Source of the DNA: Camelus ferus
Lineage: Eukaryota
Length of the DNA stretch: 64,000 nucleotides
Direction of reading: 5' to 3'
Assembly (NCBI RefSeq): GCF_009834535.1
Contig: NC_045696.1
Span: 10,356,001-10,420,000 of the forward strand
Positions 51,241 through 64,000 of this stretch are shown one piece after another. Position numbers and translations under genes: made by a program. Numbering within the stretch: position 1 is the stretch's first letter; the number at the start of each line of letters is the position of its first letter. A model generated the notes under the pieces. It was not told the DNA's origin, did not search any database, and saw nothing but the letters and a program-made list of their open reading frames with translations.

Positions 51241-52567
51241 GCCAAAAGACACACCCCTTTGCTCCTCTACTCCCTCCTATGAAAGTCCCCTTGCAGGAAT
51301 GACTGTTACAAAACAGGACAATCTGCATTTCATTTCTTTCTAAAACAGAGCATGGATGGATAGTATCTAGGAATTTGGCAGGGAGAAGAGAGAATGGACA
51401 GGGAGGAGGAAGTTTACAGGCCCTTTTAATCCCTTTATAGAGAGAAACTATGTCTATATTTTAGGTAAATACCAAAGCTTTAATGTTCCTTCCCCTGGCG
51501 AGTCCCCTGGGAAAGCCCCAGCATCTCCAGGCCGGGGCTTCAGGAAGCTGTCTGTGGGAACTGGGAGGGGCGGGTGGGAAATGTCTTCAGGAGTTGTCAG
51601 GGCAGAATTTGTGTCATGAAGCCTCCCGGGTTTTGTAATTCAGAGAAACGCAAATGGATCCCAGTTTTTGGGAAAGATTAAGATTGCATCATTATCTTTC
51701 TGTGTTTAAATTTGCCTTCTGGGTCCTGTAGACTTCCAAGAAAAATCTGGCAGGTTGGACCTGAGTAGCAGTGGTTCATTAACATGCAGGCTCAGGCTGG
51801 GTGGTGGCTGCTGTGAATCTGCTAAATGCAGCCAGGAAGTGTCAGACGGGGCTTCTGCTGAGTCACCACAAGCACCGTGAGCAAATCGGGAGTCATGCCC
51901 ACACCTTCCTACACTACTTGGTCCCATTGTTGAGACTTGCCCAATGTCACCCTTCCATCCTCATTACAAACCTTTGGAGTCATGACAGTGGTCTTGTTCA
52001 GCACGTTTTGAATACCCTCAGTATATCTGCAGAATTCTCAGCTTTCTGAGTACTCCCCCTTCCAGAAAACTCTGGTTCCCAGTCTCCCTCGCAGCCACGT
52101 CGCTTAGCCTGCTCCCAGCCTCCTTCACTATACACCTTCTCTGGGCCAAAAATCATGAAAAATCTCACCTCCAAGAACCACCAGGAGTTCCCCTCAGACC
52201 CCAGTTCAATAATTTCTCATGAGGGAAATCAGCACTATATAATTAAAAGAATTTTGTTACATATCCTAAAAAGTAAAAACACTTACTATTCTAACTCTCT
52301 TTCTTTGCAGATTTATATGAATACTCTTTCAGATATTTTCTTTACCTTGTTTACTGTGATCCCCCTTATTTTAAAACATATGTGAATTTTTAAAAAAACA
52401 CATATTATGATTTGATTACTGTTATTCTTTTTGTTTGGAAAATGTATACTGGAATCTCTTGTCAGATGTATACTGTGTGTCTGTCTGGGAGAAACGAGGG
52501 CCTTCTTCTGTGTGCATGCACATGTGCACACACACACACCCACAGAGGTGTATGTTTTGAGAAGGGG

Positions 52568-53420
52568 TGTTGTAGACAGAATGTGTCCTCCCCAAATTCA
52601 TACGTTAAAGTCCTAGCCCCACCCTGTGATGAAATTTGGAGGTGGGGCCTTTGGGAGGTAACTGGGGTTAGGTGAGGTCATGAGGCTGGGGCCCCTATGT
52701 TGGGATTAGTGACTTTTCTGCAAGCCAGTGTCAACCTAAATAAACCTAGGAGGCAATAATCAAGCAAAAAGTATTTATTTGGGGGGGGGGAGTCGGGGAG
52801 GGTATAGCTCAGTGGTAGAGTGCATGCTTAGTATGACAGAGGTCCTGGGTTCAATCTCCAGTACCTCCATTAAAATTTTTTTTTTTTAAAAAGAAATGTT
52901 CATTTGAGACCAGAAAAATGCAATCAGAGTTTACAGTAGCAACCTAGTGTCTGATTAAATAAAAGTCAGGGGCTTCTAAAGGCAAAGAAGGGAAATTTGC
53001 ATCACAAAGAATTTTAATGGAAGTTGGAGGCAGAGGCTAGTCTTGGCTAAACGCGTGTGAGGGTTAAACTGTCACTAGAGGAGGATGAGTTCCTTACTGT
53101 GACAAGGGGCAGGTGTTCTTTCAGACTCCTTGGAATATTTATGGTTTGGCTCAGTTCAAAGGTTTATGGTTCCACTTGGTGAGGACGTGTGAAAGATCAA
53201 CCTCCTTAATGGCCCCAGGGCTCCATTAAAAAACCCCTTAACATAAATGACTCCATTTTAGTTCACATTTCCTACCAGCTAGAGAGTTCTCACCAGAGCC
53301 TGATCATGCTGGCTCCCTGGTCGCAGACGGCCAGCCCCATCACTGTGAGAAAATGACTTCTGTTGTTGAAGACCCTCAGTCTATGGTATTTTGTTATGGC
53401 AGCTCCAACTGACTAAGACG
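52568..53420 (+). mobile_element. MLT1A-like MaLR LTR interrupted by an ERV1 LTR
   Basis: gaatgtgtcctccccaaattcatacgttaaagtccta...ggaggtggggcctttgggagg [insert] ...cagtctatggtattttgttatggcagc..actgactaagac. Confidence 0.8.
52729..53274 (-). mobile_element. ERV1-type solo LTR nested in MLT1A, itself containing a Vic-1 SINE (~52795-52890, + strand)
   Basis: Begins tgtcaacctaaataa, has a reverse poly(A)-like tatttattt, and ends gactccatttt..catttcc. 4-bp TSD ccag at 52725-52728 and 53275-53278. SINE ggggagggtatagctcagtggtagag. Confidence 0.72.
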
Positions 53421-53433
53421 AGGGCTATGACAA

Positions 53434-53980
53434 TGTGTCAAAAAGGACTCATAAAACAGGTGCTAGGAACTGCAGTGAGTAAGTCACCTGGCTTCTGTTC
53501 TGAGGATGCTCGTCTCAGCTTAGGGAGATTGTTTAGGGAACAGCAAGAGTCACATTTAAAATTCTGTGCTTGTACTCTTGCAACGAAGCAGTATAAAGCA
53601 GACTAAGAAACTGACTTCCCTGATGCGAAACTGTTTGCTGATTAATTCTTTACTGAGAATAACTTTAACCCCGAGACTAAACTCCAGGAAGCAGATAACA
53701 GGCTGATAACCTCTGGATAGAGCCTTCGGAGTTCCTCTGGAAGATTCACAGAGGTTAAGAGGAAATTGGCACAGATTATCACCTTTTCTGTTCCATCCAG
53801 TTTTTCTAGAAAACCTGAAGACCCCAGCCCCAAGATGGGCTCACAGCCTATAAGGTGTTAGCCTGCTGTGACTCCCTTTGCCGGGCAAAGCAATTAAATT
53901 GCTCTTTTCTTTGCTCCCAAAACTCTGCTTCTGAGATGGAATTCGCTTTTCAGGGTGCAGAGGCTGAGTTTTCAGTAACA
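53434..53980 (+). mobile_element. ERV1-type solo LTR
   Basis: TG start, cctataagg TATA-like box, gcaattaaattgctcttttc poly(A) region, and gcagaggctgagttttcagtaaca end. Confidence 0.7.
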
Positions 53981-54274
53981 ACACAATAGTTGCCCTGCAT
54001 GAATCAAGTCCCACATGGTGAGGTTCCTGTTTTACAGTCACTCTGGAGTCGCCAGTCAGCGTTTCTAGTGGCAGAACCACATTGTCACATGGAGAGAGTA
54101 TGATTCCAGCTGTAGTAAAGAAACTTGATGCTGTAACTCACCTGGGAAGCCTTTTTGGGGGCAAATGAATGACTTCTCTGGGGCTCTGTGAACTGTTGGG
54201 ACCACTGTGAGATGGGGTCACTTCTGCCAGGGTGCCTTCTGGTGGCCTGCCTGGGACCCTGTCTTCTGGGGGGC

Positions 54275-55396
54275 TGCATGAGTTTCCCATTGCTGCTGTA
54301 ACAAATTACCACAAATTGAGTGGCTTAAAATAAAAGTGTATTATCTTACAGTCTAGAGGCTAGAAGTCCAAAATGGTTCTAAAATTTTTTTTACCTTTAT
54401 TTTAGAACTGCCTTATGTACAGACATCATTAAAAAATGCACATACACTGGAGGCTGTAAGGGAGAACCTTTCCTTGCCTTTTCCCACTTCTAGAGGCCAC
54501 CTGCATTCCCGGCATGTGGCCCCTTCCCCTGTCGTCAAAGCCAACAGTGTAGTGTCTTCAACTCTCTCTTTCTCCAGTCTCTGCTTCTGTCATCACATCT
54601 CCTTTTCTTTCCTTTTTCAAAAATTTACAATAGAATTGATGTATAACATTTTATTAGTTTCAGGTGTACAACATGATCAGTATTTGTATATTTGGCAAAA
54701 TGAGCTCTACAGTAAGTCTAGTGAACACCCATCACCACATGTAGTCACAAAATTTTTTTTCTTATGATGAGAACTTTTAAGATTAACTCTCTTAGCAACG
54801 TTCAAGTATGCAATGCAGTATTATTAACTATGGTCACCACATTGTACATTACATACTCAGGACTTCATTATTTTACAACTGGATGCTTGTACTTTTTGGC
54901 CACCTTTATGAATTTCACCCCTACCACCTGCCTCTGAAAACCACCAATCTGGTCTCTGTATCTGTAAATTCAGTTTTTTCTTTCTTCTTCTTTTTTTTTA
55001 ATTCCATATATAAGTGAGACTGTGTGATATTTGTCTTTCTGTGTTTGACTTATTTAACACAGTGCCCCCAAGGCCATCCATGTTGTCACACATGGCAGGA
55101 TTTCCTTCCTTTTTCGTGGCTGAATAATATTCCATTGTAGACATCCCACACTTTCTTTATCTATTCATCTATCAAGAGACACATCTCCTTTTCTGACACT
55201 CCTGCCCCATCTATCCCTTATAAGGACCCTTATGATTACAGTGATCCCACATACATAATCGAGGAAAGTCTTCCCATTTCAAGATCTTTACCCTAATCAC
55301 ATCTGCAAAGTCCCTTTTGCCAAGTAAGGTAACATTGTCACAGGTTGCGGGGACTAAGATGTGGACATCTTCAGGGGCCATCATTCAGCCCATCGC
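54275..55396 (-). mobile_element. MLT1 MaLR LTR interrupted by an L1 3' fragment (54608-55179)
   Basis: tttcccattgctgctgtaacaaattaccacaaa...taatcacatctgcaaagtcccttttgc. L1 flanked by TSD cacatctccttttc at 54594-54607 and 55180-55193. Confidence 0.82.
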
Positions 55397-57298
55397 CCAG
55401 GATGACACCAGACAAGTAGGTGGCTGCTCACAGCACCTCTACCTTGGGCTCTTGCCGGTTCAGTCCTGCATGGTCCCTTCACCCAGCACACATGCATTTC
55501 TAAAGCCTGGCACCCCCAGGCTGGCCACTATACCAACTATCTCTCAAAATCCGAGTTGTGGTCCTTGCAGGGCTATGCCTCCTGGGGCTAGCATTCATCC
55601 TTTTCTTGTGAAACTCAGTGCATTGTTAACTTGGCGGGTTTAAAAGCCTACCTTAAAAAGGGGGAGTTAGAAGAATTAACATTGTTTTCTGGGGCTTGGG
55701 GCTAGGGCAGCTGGGGGTGGAAGAGACTTGCTGCATTTCTCCAGTCATCTGTGTACACTCATTTGTGAACAAGACTTTCTGGTTGCAAAAGTTCATGAGT
55801 TGGCTCATGATGTGGGCTGTCCTGACCCGTCATTCGGTCCACTGGTAGGGAAGTGTTATCATTGGAATAGCAGTCTTCTTTGCTTAACTCTTTCCTCAAC
55901 ACACACAATTCTTTCTGGGTATACATTCTTCTTGAAAAGGTTTGTGCCAGAGTTGAGACTTCCAGGAAAAGCTGGTGTTTGATATAATAATGCCAGTAAT
56001 CTGGATGAGCATGTTGGCTTAGCTTGGGCAGGACCTTCCAAACCGCAGCAGAATTCTACTACTCAACAAGAAAAACCATGAATGCCATACCTCGTTCCCT
56101 AGAATTTTAAGGCAGTCTGGAATAATAAATATACCATATGGCAGTTTGTACTATATGCATGTATTTTCAATGTAAAGATTTGTAAATAAAAAAGAATACA
56201 TGGTACAAAATATTAGGTTAAGAAATTATAGGCCTATGGAAAAGATGTAGGTCTGGGAAATTAAAGTCAGAGGATGTGTTGTGGTGGGGAGGCAGTATAT
56301 CCACATGTAGTCAAAAAGTCCTACGCATTTACTAAAATCAGCTTCTTAGCAACTAAAATAAAAACCAGGCTGCTTAATGTCCAAAGGTGCACTTGTATCT
56401 GAGGAAAGAGAAAGGCAGTTTACAAGACAGGCTTCCAATCTGATGTCTGCTCCAGATAATTGCTACTTTTGCCTTTGCTGGGCCCTTGGTACGTGGCCTC
56501 ACTTAACCTGGGATTTTAATTGATTTGGAACTTCTAAACTTAACAAATACACACAAGCTCTTATCACTGTTTTTTCCTTGTTATAATAATAGAACTTTCT
56601 ATTGTCATGAATCCATAAAATAGTGAAAAAATAAAAAGAGAAACCATAGTCCTACAACCCAGAGCTAACCACAGTTTACAACTCGAAACATCTAGTTCTT
56701 GAGTACCAGTAAGGCAAGGGGGCAACGTTACTTCATCATTTTTGAGAAGACTGTGGAAACCACATTCAGGATGGAACAGAAAGGGATCTTTTGTTTTTCA
56801 CATGCTTGTTTTTCGTGACCGTGCAAAAATCTGGCTGCCTATAGTTTCAGGACATTATACAGATACAGTTTTGACTCTGCAAAGCCCCAACAGTCGCTTG
56901 GGCCGGAGAGAAAAAGAGATACCTGACACGTCACATTCACTCCTCAGCAACCGTCAGGCTTAGGGTTTTGGTAGGCTGACCCCTTCCTTCCCCACAAAAC
57001 GGCGCAGCAAGCCGTGACAAGCACCTGGCCGACGTCTCATGGGTGTTGAGTGCCTGCGCACTTGCCTTCTCTTGCAGAGTCATAAACCTTTGTCATCTCG
57101 AGCTTTCTTTCCCTTTCTCCTTTGAACCTTCAAATACCGCACGTATGTGATTTACTGATATCCATATGAAACAAATCGAAACAAAATAAACACAAATTCA
57201 CTTCGGTACATTTGTTAGTGAGAGCGAGAACAGAAAGGGTCCAGGCACAGAGAAGCATGTTTAGAAAGCACAAGGTCAAGTTTTCAGTACTGTGTCCT

Positions 57299-57402
57299 TG
57301 TTACGGAACCAAACTTGGGTCCGCTCCCCAGAGGGCGGTAAAGCCAACCTACTGACGCTGGGTTGTGGTGAAGGGAAGTGCAATGTTTATTGTGAGGCGC
57401 TG
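57299..57402 (-). mobile_element. ERV1-type LTR 3' fragment
   Basis: tgttacggaaccaaacttgggtccgctc...aaagccaacctactgac..gggttgtggtgaagg..tttatt (reverse AATAAA). Confidence 0.5.
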
Positions 57403-57678
57403 GACCGGAGCGATGCTCTTGTCTCCCAAATAGAACTTACTCACGTTGTCTGGGAAATGAATAGTCCTAAAGAACTTTGATTCAAACCAAGGCAGCTAGC
57501 ACTGAAGTGCTGATTTAGCCAAGTATCAACAGAGAGGAACCCATTTACCTTTTCATTCCTCAACAGGTATTTATCGGCACTCACCATGTGCCAAGTGTTA
57601 TTCTAGTCCCAGCGCTGTCACTAAATGTAAAGGTCAACATACCCTCAGACATGAATAATTTAATCAATGTTTACAAGA

Positions 57679-57731
57679 TTTGACACAACATTGTAAAATG
57701 ATTATAAATCAATAAAAAAATGTTAAAAAAA
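57679..57731 (+). mobile_element. Extremely truncated young L1 3' tip
   Basis: tttgacacaacattgtaaaatgattataaatcaataaaaaaatgttaaaaaaa. TSD aatgt(t/c)tacaaga at 57666-57678 and 57732-57744. Confidence 0.85.
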
Positions 57732-58531
57732 AATGTCTACAAGAAAAAAGTGTCATTTAAACAGGAAGCCAGAGAGAAGACTAGCGGGCAAAACTAATTA
57801 CTGAAAATATTCTGCACTTCCTGACCCAGATAAATCTTTTCATCAGCAGAAAGAGTGAGTCTGTTAAAAAGGTGGGCGCCTCTATCGCTAGTTTCACAAC
57901 ACCCGGAAACAGAACCATGGAACCATTTTTGCCATGTAAATCAAACTAAATCAAATCAAATCAATTCAGGCCCCATGTTCAACTTTCCAGGGCTCTAGAG
58001 CTGGACAAAGCCCAGGAAACGTGAGGCGTGCCGGCAGGCGTGGAGCGCGCTGTGTAACACAGCGGAGATGCCGTGCCCATGGCCGGCATCCCTAGGGGAC
58101 CCAAGCGTCCACATCCGGGTCCTCCCCGCCACGCCCCCCCACCTGCCACTCAAAGCCTCGCCCCACCTCCTTGCCCCCCTCCACCCACCCCACCAGGGGG
58201 AAAGGGAGAGCCCCTTTTTTTCCTTACAGACATGTTTCACAAACATTACCCACGCCTCATCTCCCGCTCTGAACTACAGCAATACCAACATCAGGGCAAA
58301 CGCAAAACAGAAGAGATTATTTCTAGTCCGTGAATTAAATTCTTCTTTAGTCTCTTCGCTTGAAAGCAGATTAGTCTTATTTCTGAGCGTGAAAATATGA
58401 ACTTTCTGCCCAACATTGCATTTAGACAGGGTTGTCACTGGCAGGTAAAGGACCCCCTAAAGTGACAATGGAAAGCATGAGGAAAGATTGAAAAAAAAAC
58501 CCCAAAACATTATAAGGGAAAGATAGCCCTA

Positions 58532-58543
58532 GAAAGTGAAACT
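58532..58543 (+). promoter_or_regulatory. ISRE/IRF-E consensus GAAAGTGAAACT
   Basis: Exact match to GAAANNGAAACT in non-repeat sequence. Function not shown. Confidence 0.45.
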
Positions 58544-59803
58544 TGTTTTGTTACTTTTTAAAAACTGCAATGGATGAGTTATGGCCTGCCCATTATTTTG
58601 TGATATAATACAATCTTCTATGTTTAAAAAGAACCTGTGATAAAACATGACTTTCTTTGAGAAAATAACAGTCATTGGATTCTTTTTTATATAAAGTGGG
58701 TATTTTGGATAATTTTAGATTTACAGAAAAAGTGCAAAGATAATACAGACGGTTCTGTGTGCCCCTCATCTAGTTTTCAGTTTCCCTAAAGTTAACATCT
58801 TACATTTGTCAAAACCCAGAAATTAACAGTGACACCTTAATATTAACTAGACCTCAGGGTTTATTTGGATTTTACCAGTTTCCACTTTTTCTGTTCCAGG
58901 AGCCAGTCCAGGGTACCACATTACATTACACTGGATTCTTTTTGAAGTGGCAGATATAGGATTACAGAAAGGGTAGAATTAATTGTATGTTTTCCTGCTG
59001 GTGCTGCTGAAACCTAGACCTTTTTCTTTTTGAGTTTTGTTTGCTTTTTAAAAATAAACCAGATCAAAAAGACGGACGCTTAGATTACAAGCATTTGATA
59101 AGGGGGGAGATTTTTAATTTCCTTATAATCTCAACAAACTTTATCTTAAAATTGTGCACAATAAGGAAACTTTGGGGGTAATGGAAATTCATTGTTTTGA
59201 TTGTGGTGATGGTTTCATATACGTAAAAACTCATCAAACTGTACATTTCAGATATACACAGGATAAAGCATACCAATTATACCTCAGTCAAGCTGCAAAA
59301 AAGGAAACAAAAATTGTATGTCATGTTTAAGATCTTAAAACAGAGTTGCAAGATGCTTATTCAATGATTGTCAAGGCATCAGATCAATCTATATATGCCA
59401 GGAGTCATTCCACCTTTTAGAAAACCTCAGTAAGAGAGAATATTAACTCTAAAGATATTCCATCTTTAATGTGATTTAGCAATCTTTCCCTTGGCAATCA
59501 GACCAGGACCCCTATAAAAAGCGACCCCAATTCAAAGCTAGTGGCTCTGATCCCTTAAAGTAGTTCCAAGGCCTGGGGAAACTCCACTTTGGGCTTGGCC
59601 ATACCAACAACCCGGTGATGTCACGCAAACTGGGGCTCACCCTACCTGCTGGTTAAAGGTCACTGGGGCTGATAAGAAGAGAAAATACGCCAAGGAGCCA
59701 GAGTTGTCTCCACTGAGAATTGGGTACGTCATATTTCAGGATGGCGTTGAAGAATTTTTAAAAGACCAAGTATCACAGAATAATGAGGCCATGGGAAATA
59801 ATA

Positions 59804-60093
59804 CAGGTGCACAATCCCAATCCACAACTCCAAAACCCAGAGCTCTGAAAACCACAAACTTTCGTAATCCATAATCTGAGTTAACATAAGGCTATATATA
59901 GTCTTTAATTATGCCATTAAATCTGAAAGTTACACATTACCCTTGAGATGGATAACTAGTGTAATTGCAGGGCGCTGGCCCATACGCTGTTGGAGGTGAT
60001 GCATGATATCACCTGCAGCATATCACCTTTCTGAAACCACAAGATGCAAAACACACCTGGCCAGAGGTTTCCAGGTAAGGGGTGTGCGTCTGC
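59804..60093 (-). mobile_element. MER46C-like Tigger element
   Basis: caggtgcacaatccc...agctctgaaaacc...ggctatatatagtcttt...aaacacacctggcc..aggtttcc. Confidence 0.55.
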
Positions 60094-60409
60094 ACTGGGA
60101 GCCACTCCCATCTGTCATACATCAGCTCTTGGTATCTTGGGGAATCTTCTCAACCAACTTGTAAAGAGGAAGTTGGTATCTTTTCTTACCTGAGAGGAAA
60201 CTGAGGCTCTAAACTGGTCTAAACAGGAACCAACGGAACCCACCCCAGCTAGTTCAGGCAGAAAACGAGAGTATGAAAGGATATCAGGAAGCAGAATCCC
60301 TGCAGGGCCACAGGCCAGGCCTGGAGCCCCACGGAGGGGAATGGGCTTCGGTCACCTCTAGGCAGTCCTGGGCATGTTCTTTTCCTAAACCTCACTAGCA
60401 CCCAGGTGT

Positions 60410-61000
60410 TAAACTAGGCAATTTTTGCCCATTTGGTAAGAAAAAAAAAATCAGATTTGTGTCTTTTGACCATGGATGAGATTGACCACCTTTTGTTTGT
60501 TTAAGAACATTTGAATTTTCTTTTCTATAAACTGTCTGATCACATCTTTGGCCTCTTTTTGGGGATGGTTATTGTCCCTTTTTAAATTGATTGGTTTTAG
60601 TGATATTAGCCCTACTTGGTCATGTGTGTTGCAAATGTGTCCTCCAAATTGTAGTTTTCTTTTGAATTGGTTTGTGGTAATTTTTCCCATATAGAAATTA
60701 AAAGATTAATCAATTAATTAATGATTTAATGTAATCAAGTTGCTAATTATTTCCGTTTCTGCTTCTGATTTTTTTTTGCCTTGGAAAGAAAGGACTTCTG
60801 TAGTTTAGCATTGTTTACAAATTCATTCATATTTTCCTAGAAGAAGTTTTGTATTTGACCAGTCTGTAATTCATATTTACGTAAAAAATACAGTTAGAAT
60901 CTCAGTCCTTTTTTTCCTGTTGGCATTTTAATTGAAATACTGCTGAGTTTAGAAAATCATTTGGTGATAATTGACATATTTTATAAGAACAAAGTTGATC
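60410..61000 (-). mobile_element. Ancient L1 ORF2/3' remnant
   Basis: tttcttttctataaactgtctgatcacatctttggcc...ttgtccctttttaaattgattg...gttgcaaat. Boundaries approximate. Confidence 0.5.
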
Positions 61001-63212
61001 TTTCTGTTTACTCAAGTCCTCTTTTGTATTCCTCAAAATAATCTCTAATAGCTCTTGCTAAATTTATTTGCCAGCATAGATGCCCCTCCCTCTCCCAGGG
61101 TCAGGACGGGACTAAGAGTGGGTGGCTTGGCTGCCAGTTAAAGGCACTGGTTGCTTAGTAACCTCCCCTTGGTGCTGGTGGGGCAGCCCCAGAGGGACGT
61201 TGAGTGTGAGCAATAAGATTCTGGAGTCACGCTGTCATCTGAAAGGGGTGGGCCCTGAAAAGGTGCGGAGACTTGGGGCTGGTGTGGGGTCCCCTGGGAT
61301 GTGGTTCACAGTGTAACTCCGGGGTCAGTTTCACCATCAACAATGGCAGCGAAAGGCCTGGAAATTATTGAGCATTTCAGCAATTCCCCTACGTGGGACA
61401 GAAGGAGTTGAATGAGAGAGACGATTGCTAAAGGAGAGGAGTCAAGTCTCTCAGCTGGTGGCCAAGGACATGGTGGGTCACTTAGGGGAGCTGCCCCAGT
61501 TAGGACAAGTTTCCCAGATGTAGCGTTGTGGGGCAGTGAAGTGGCTGGGACTAATGAGTCCCTTGGGGAAGGTAGACCCTCAGGACAGGGAGGGTCTGGG
61601 CTTCTCCTTGGAAAGGAGAGGGGAGCTGTATCCTGGAGAAGCCCCCGGACACTTGATACTGGTGGCCAGTCCCTGCCCCACACACCCACTGGGCAGGACC
61701 TGCCCTCCTAGGAGCACGTCCGCTAGAGCTGGGGAAAGGTCAGAAGGCACAGGAAGGTGTGCCTGCAGCCTGGGGAGGCCCTGAGCATGCTTAGGTAAAC
61801 ACAGATTGGACTTTCCTGATGGCATCATCAGACAGACCTTGGAAGGAGTGTCAGCGCTGAGACTGGTTTAGAACCAACAGGGAAGAGATGTTAGAGGAGA
61901 GTCCGCTTCCTGGGGTGATGTCTTTCGGCTAGCCTACACCCAGCAGAACCTGCGGCTTGCAATTGGCTTGTAATTTGTACTCAGCCCGCTTAATGAAAAT
62001 AGCCATCTGGTTCACATAATACTTGCTGCTATGTGGTTAACGTGAGAAGAAACTTTTACCAGTGGTTAAAGCCCTTCGGATTTTTCGCCGTTGATGGAGA
62101 AGACAAAGCGACATGTGGTTATTATGTTATAACCACACAGTATCAAAGGTTACTTAGCTAAGTGTGAAAGTACTGGTAAGCACTGCAGACATCAAGAAAC
62201 TCAGGAAACTATTCCTCGAAGCCTTCTGACTACCTCCAGTACCGCGTAAAAATCGAATAGGTTCTTCTTAGACAGAGGTCGTATGCTCTTTGATGTGCTA
62301 AAAACCCCTCTCAGAGTGTGGAGAAATCAGACCCCAGTGAGCCAGTCTCCTTGGTACATTCTAAAGTCCCATAGAAGAGCAGCTGAGAGGTTCCCGATCA
62401 CGTCACTGAGAGGCAGGGTGGTTCAGAGTGGGATGGGTGGACCCTGTCTCATGCTGGAAATAAATGTACACGAACAACTCAAGTGACTTCACATCAACAA
62501 ATATTGAAGCACTGATAAGGCATGAGACATTCCAAAGGGCATAAAGTGACATCATAGTCTCTGCCTCCAGGATCTTGCAATCAAATAGGACAGGGAGATG
62601 GGAACACAAATAAGGCAGAGGAGGAGGAAGGCAGAGAGAGTGCTTAGAAGGAGGGGGGCTGGTCAACAGGGTCCACCTCTGCAGAGGAACAAGATGGGGG
62701 AGACTGGACCAAAGCGTGGGGTGAGGTTGCTGGGGAAGCCGGTGGCTTTCAGCGAACAGCAGGCAGGGAAGCCGAATCGAGAGGGATTAACCAGTGAGTG
62801 GGTGTGAGGAAGCTGAGAAAAGTGTGGCGATGAAGCCCAGCGGTGAGCCGAGGAAGTGGTAGGGCCAAAGGAAATCGGTGTCTATTTTTTTTTTAAGTAG
62901 AGGGAGGCCTGGGGGTGTCTACAGGCAGGGAGAAGGTGCCTGCAGAGGAGGGACTGAAGAAGCAGACCACGTGCCGGTGACGTGCTCTCCCCACGTGCAG
63001 ACCTAGCCCTGCTTCCTAACTGTTGCAGCACATCCTGAGCACCAGTGTTCCACCGTTTGATGAGCATGGTTCTGAGTTTTGTTTTACAGTGAGAACGTTT
63101 TCACAGTTTATTGGTGAGTTAGAAAACCACAGCCAGAACAAGCATTTGCTGAGGTCTCACTAGTTTCCTGGAGGGGCTCAGGGCAAGTCTGAGCTCAGCT
63201 CAGGTCTAGTCA

Positions 63213-63675
63213 CACAATGGAATAGTACTCAGCCGTAAAATGGAACACCTGCTACCACATGGATGAACCTTGAAAACGTTCTGCTGAGTGAAAAGAGCCA
63301 GGCACAAAAGGTCACATGCTGTGTGATTCCATTTATGTGACATGGTCAGAACAGGCAAATCCATAGAAACAGAAAGTAGGTTGGTGGTTGCCAGAGATGA
63401 CGGGGAGGAGGTGTGGGGTGTGACTGCTTAATGGGGACAGGGTTTCCTTTTTGGGTGATGAAAATATTTTGGAATTAGATATGGGTGGTGGTTGTACCAC
63501 ATTGTGAAATATACTAAATGCTACTGAAACATACACTTCATTATTTTTTCTTTTTTTGTTTTTGCTTTTTTTTTTTTTTAACAAATCCTTGTGTCAAGGG
63601 CTGATTTTCAGAAACATATACTTTAAAATGGTTAATTTTCTGTTATGTGAATTTTATCTAAATTAAAAAAAGAAA
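63213..63675 (+). mobile_element. L1MB/MC-like 3' end
   Basis: cacaatggaatagtactcagcc...catggatgaaccttgaaaac...aggcaaatccatagaaacagaaagtag...tgtgaattttatct. Confidence 0.8.
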
Positions 63676-64000
63676 AACCAACAGTTCAAAATGATACCAA
63701 GCCCTGCCCATTGCTGGACTCTGCATCCTTCCTTTCAAGGGTTTGTTTCTCACTAGCTTTGCAATGCGGACAAGTCACCCCTGTCCACAGTTTGCTGATC
63801 TCTGAAATGGGGGTCTTAATATTTGTTGGGCCAACAACCGCCTGGCACTACACGACCCCCATTGATTTCCTCATTGCGTGGACAGCGTGCCTCTTCCTCT
63901 AGCTTCATCACACTTCAGTCTTTATTAGCCAAAGTTGTGGCCAAAATATACCAGGCTTTGCAGGGTGACTGTCTGCTTAGTCAGGGGTGGAGTGTCTCCC

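Noticed and set aside
54376..54408. 10-bp stem hairpin gttctaaaat...attttagaac
   Set aside because: Short, AT-rich and inside a degenerate LTR, so compatible with chance.
46300..64000. IFNAR1 terminal exons expected from cluster synteny
   Set aside because: No IFNAR1-like peptide (e.g. the DSGNYS degron) appears in the ORF track, and I did not spot one by eye. The gene probably lies beyond the window.

Overview
Mammalian genomic DNA, probably camelid (alpaca/llama/camel), judged from the Vic-1-type tRNA-derived SINEs and cetartiodactyl-type L1 3' ends. It is part of the class II cytokine-receptor cluster. The + strand carries the last three coding exons and 3' UTR of TMEM50B (75-~7600). The - strand carries a complete, convergent 7-exon IFNGR2 gene (ATG 45452, stop 17428, 1116-nt CDS, 371 aa) with a CpG-island promoter. 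IFNGR2 intron 1 holds a full-length, disabled TUBA1A processed pseudogene. The rest is repeat-rich intron and intergenic sequence (L1, SINE, MIR/L2, MaLR and ERV1 LTRs, hAT/Tigger/Mutator-like DNA transposons). I found no prokaryote-type system and no convincing novel protein-coding gene. The best leads concern IFNGR2 regulation: a strong-Kozak 7-codon uORF, a GC-AG intron, a ~28-aa C-terminal extension, a possible intronic poly(A) short isoform, ERV1 solo LTRs (one MER41-like, with STAT/kB-like motifs) just upstream of the promoter, and distal kB/IRF motif clusters. Repeat family names and human comparisons come from recalled sequences and need confirming with RepeatMasker/BLAST.
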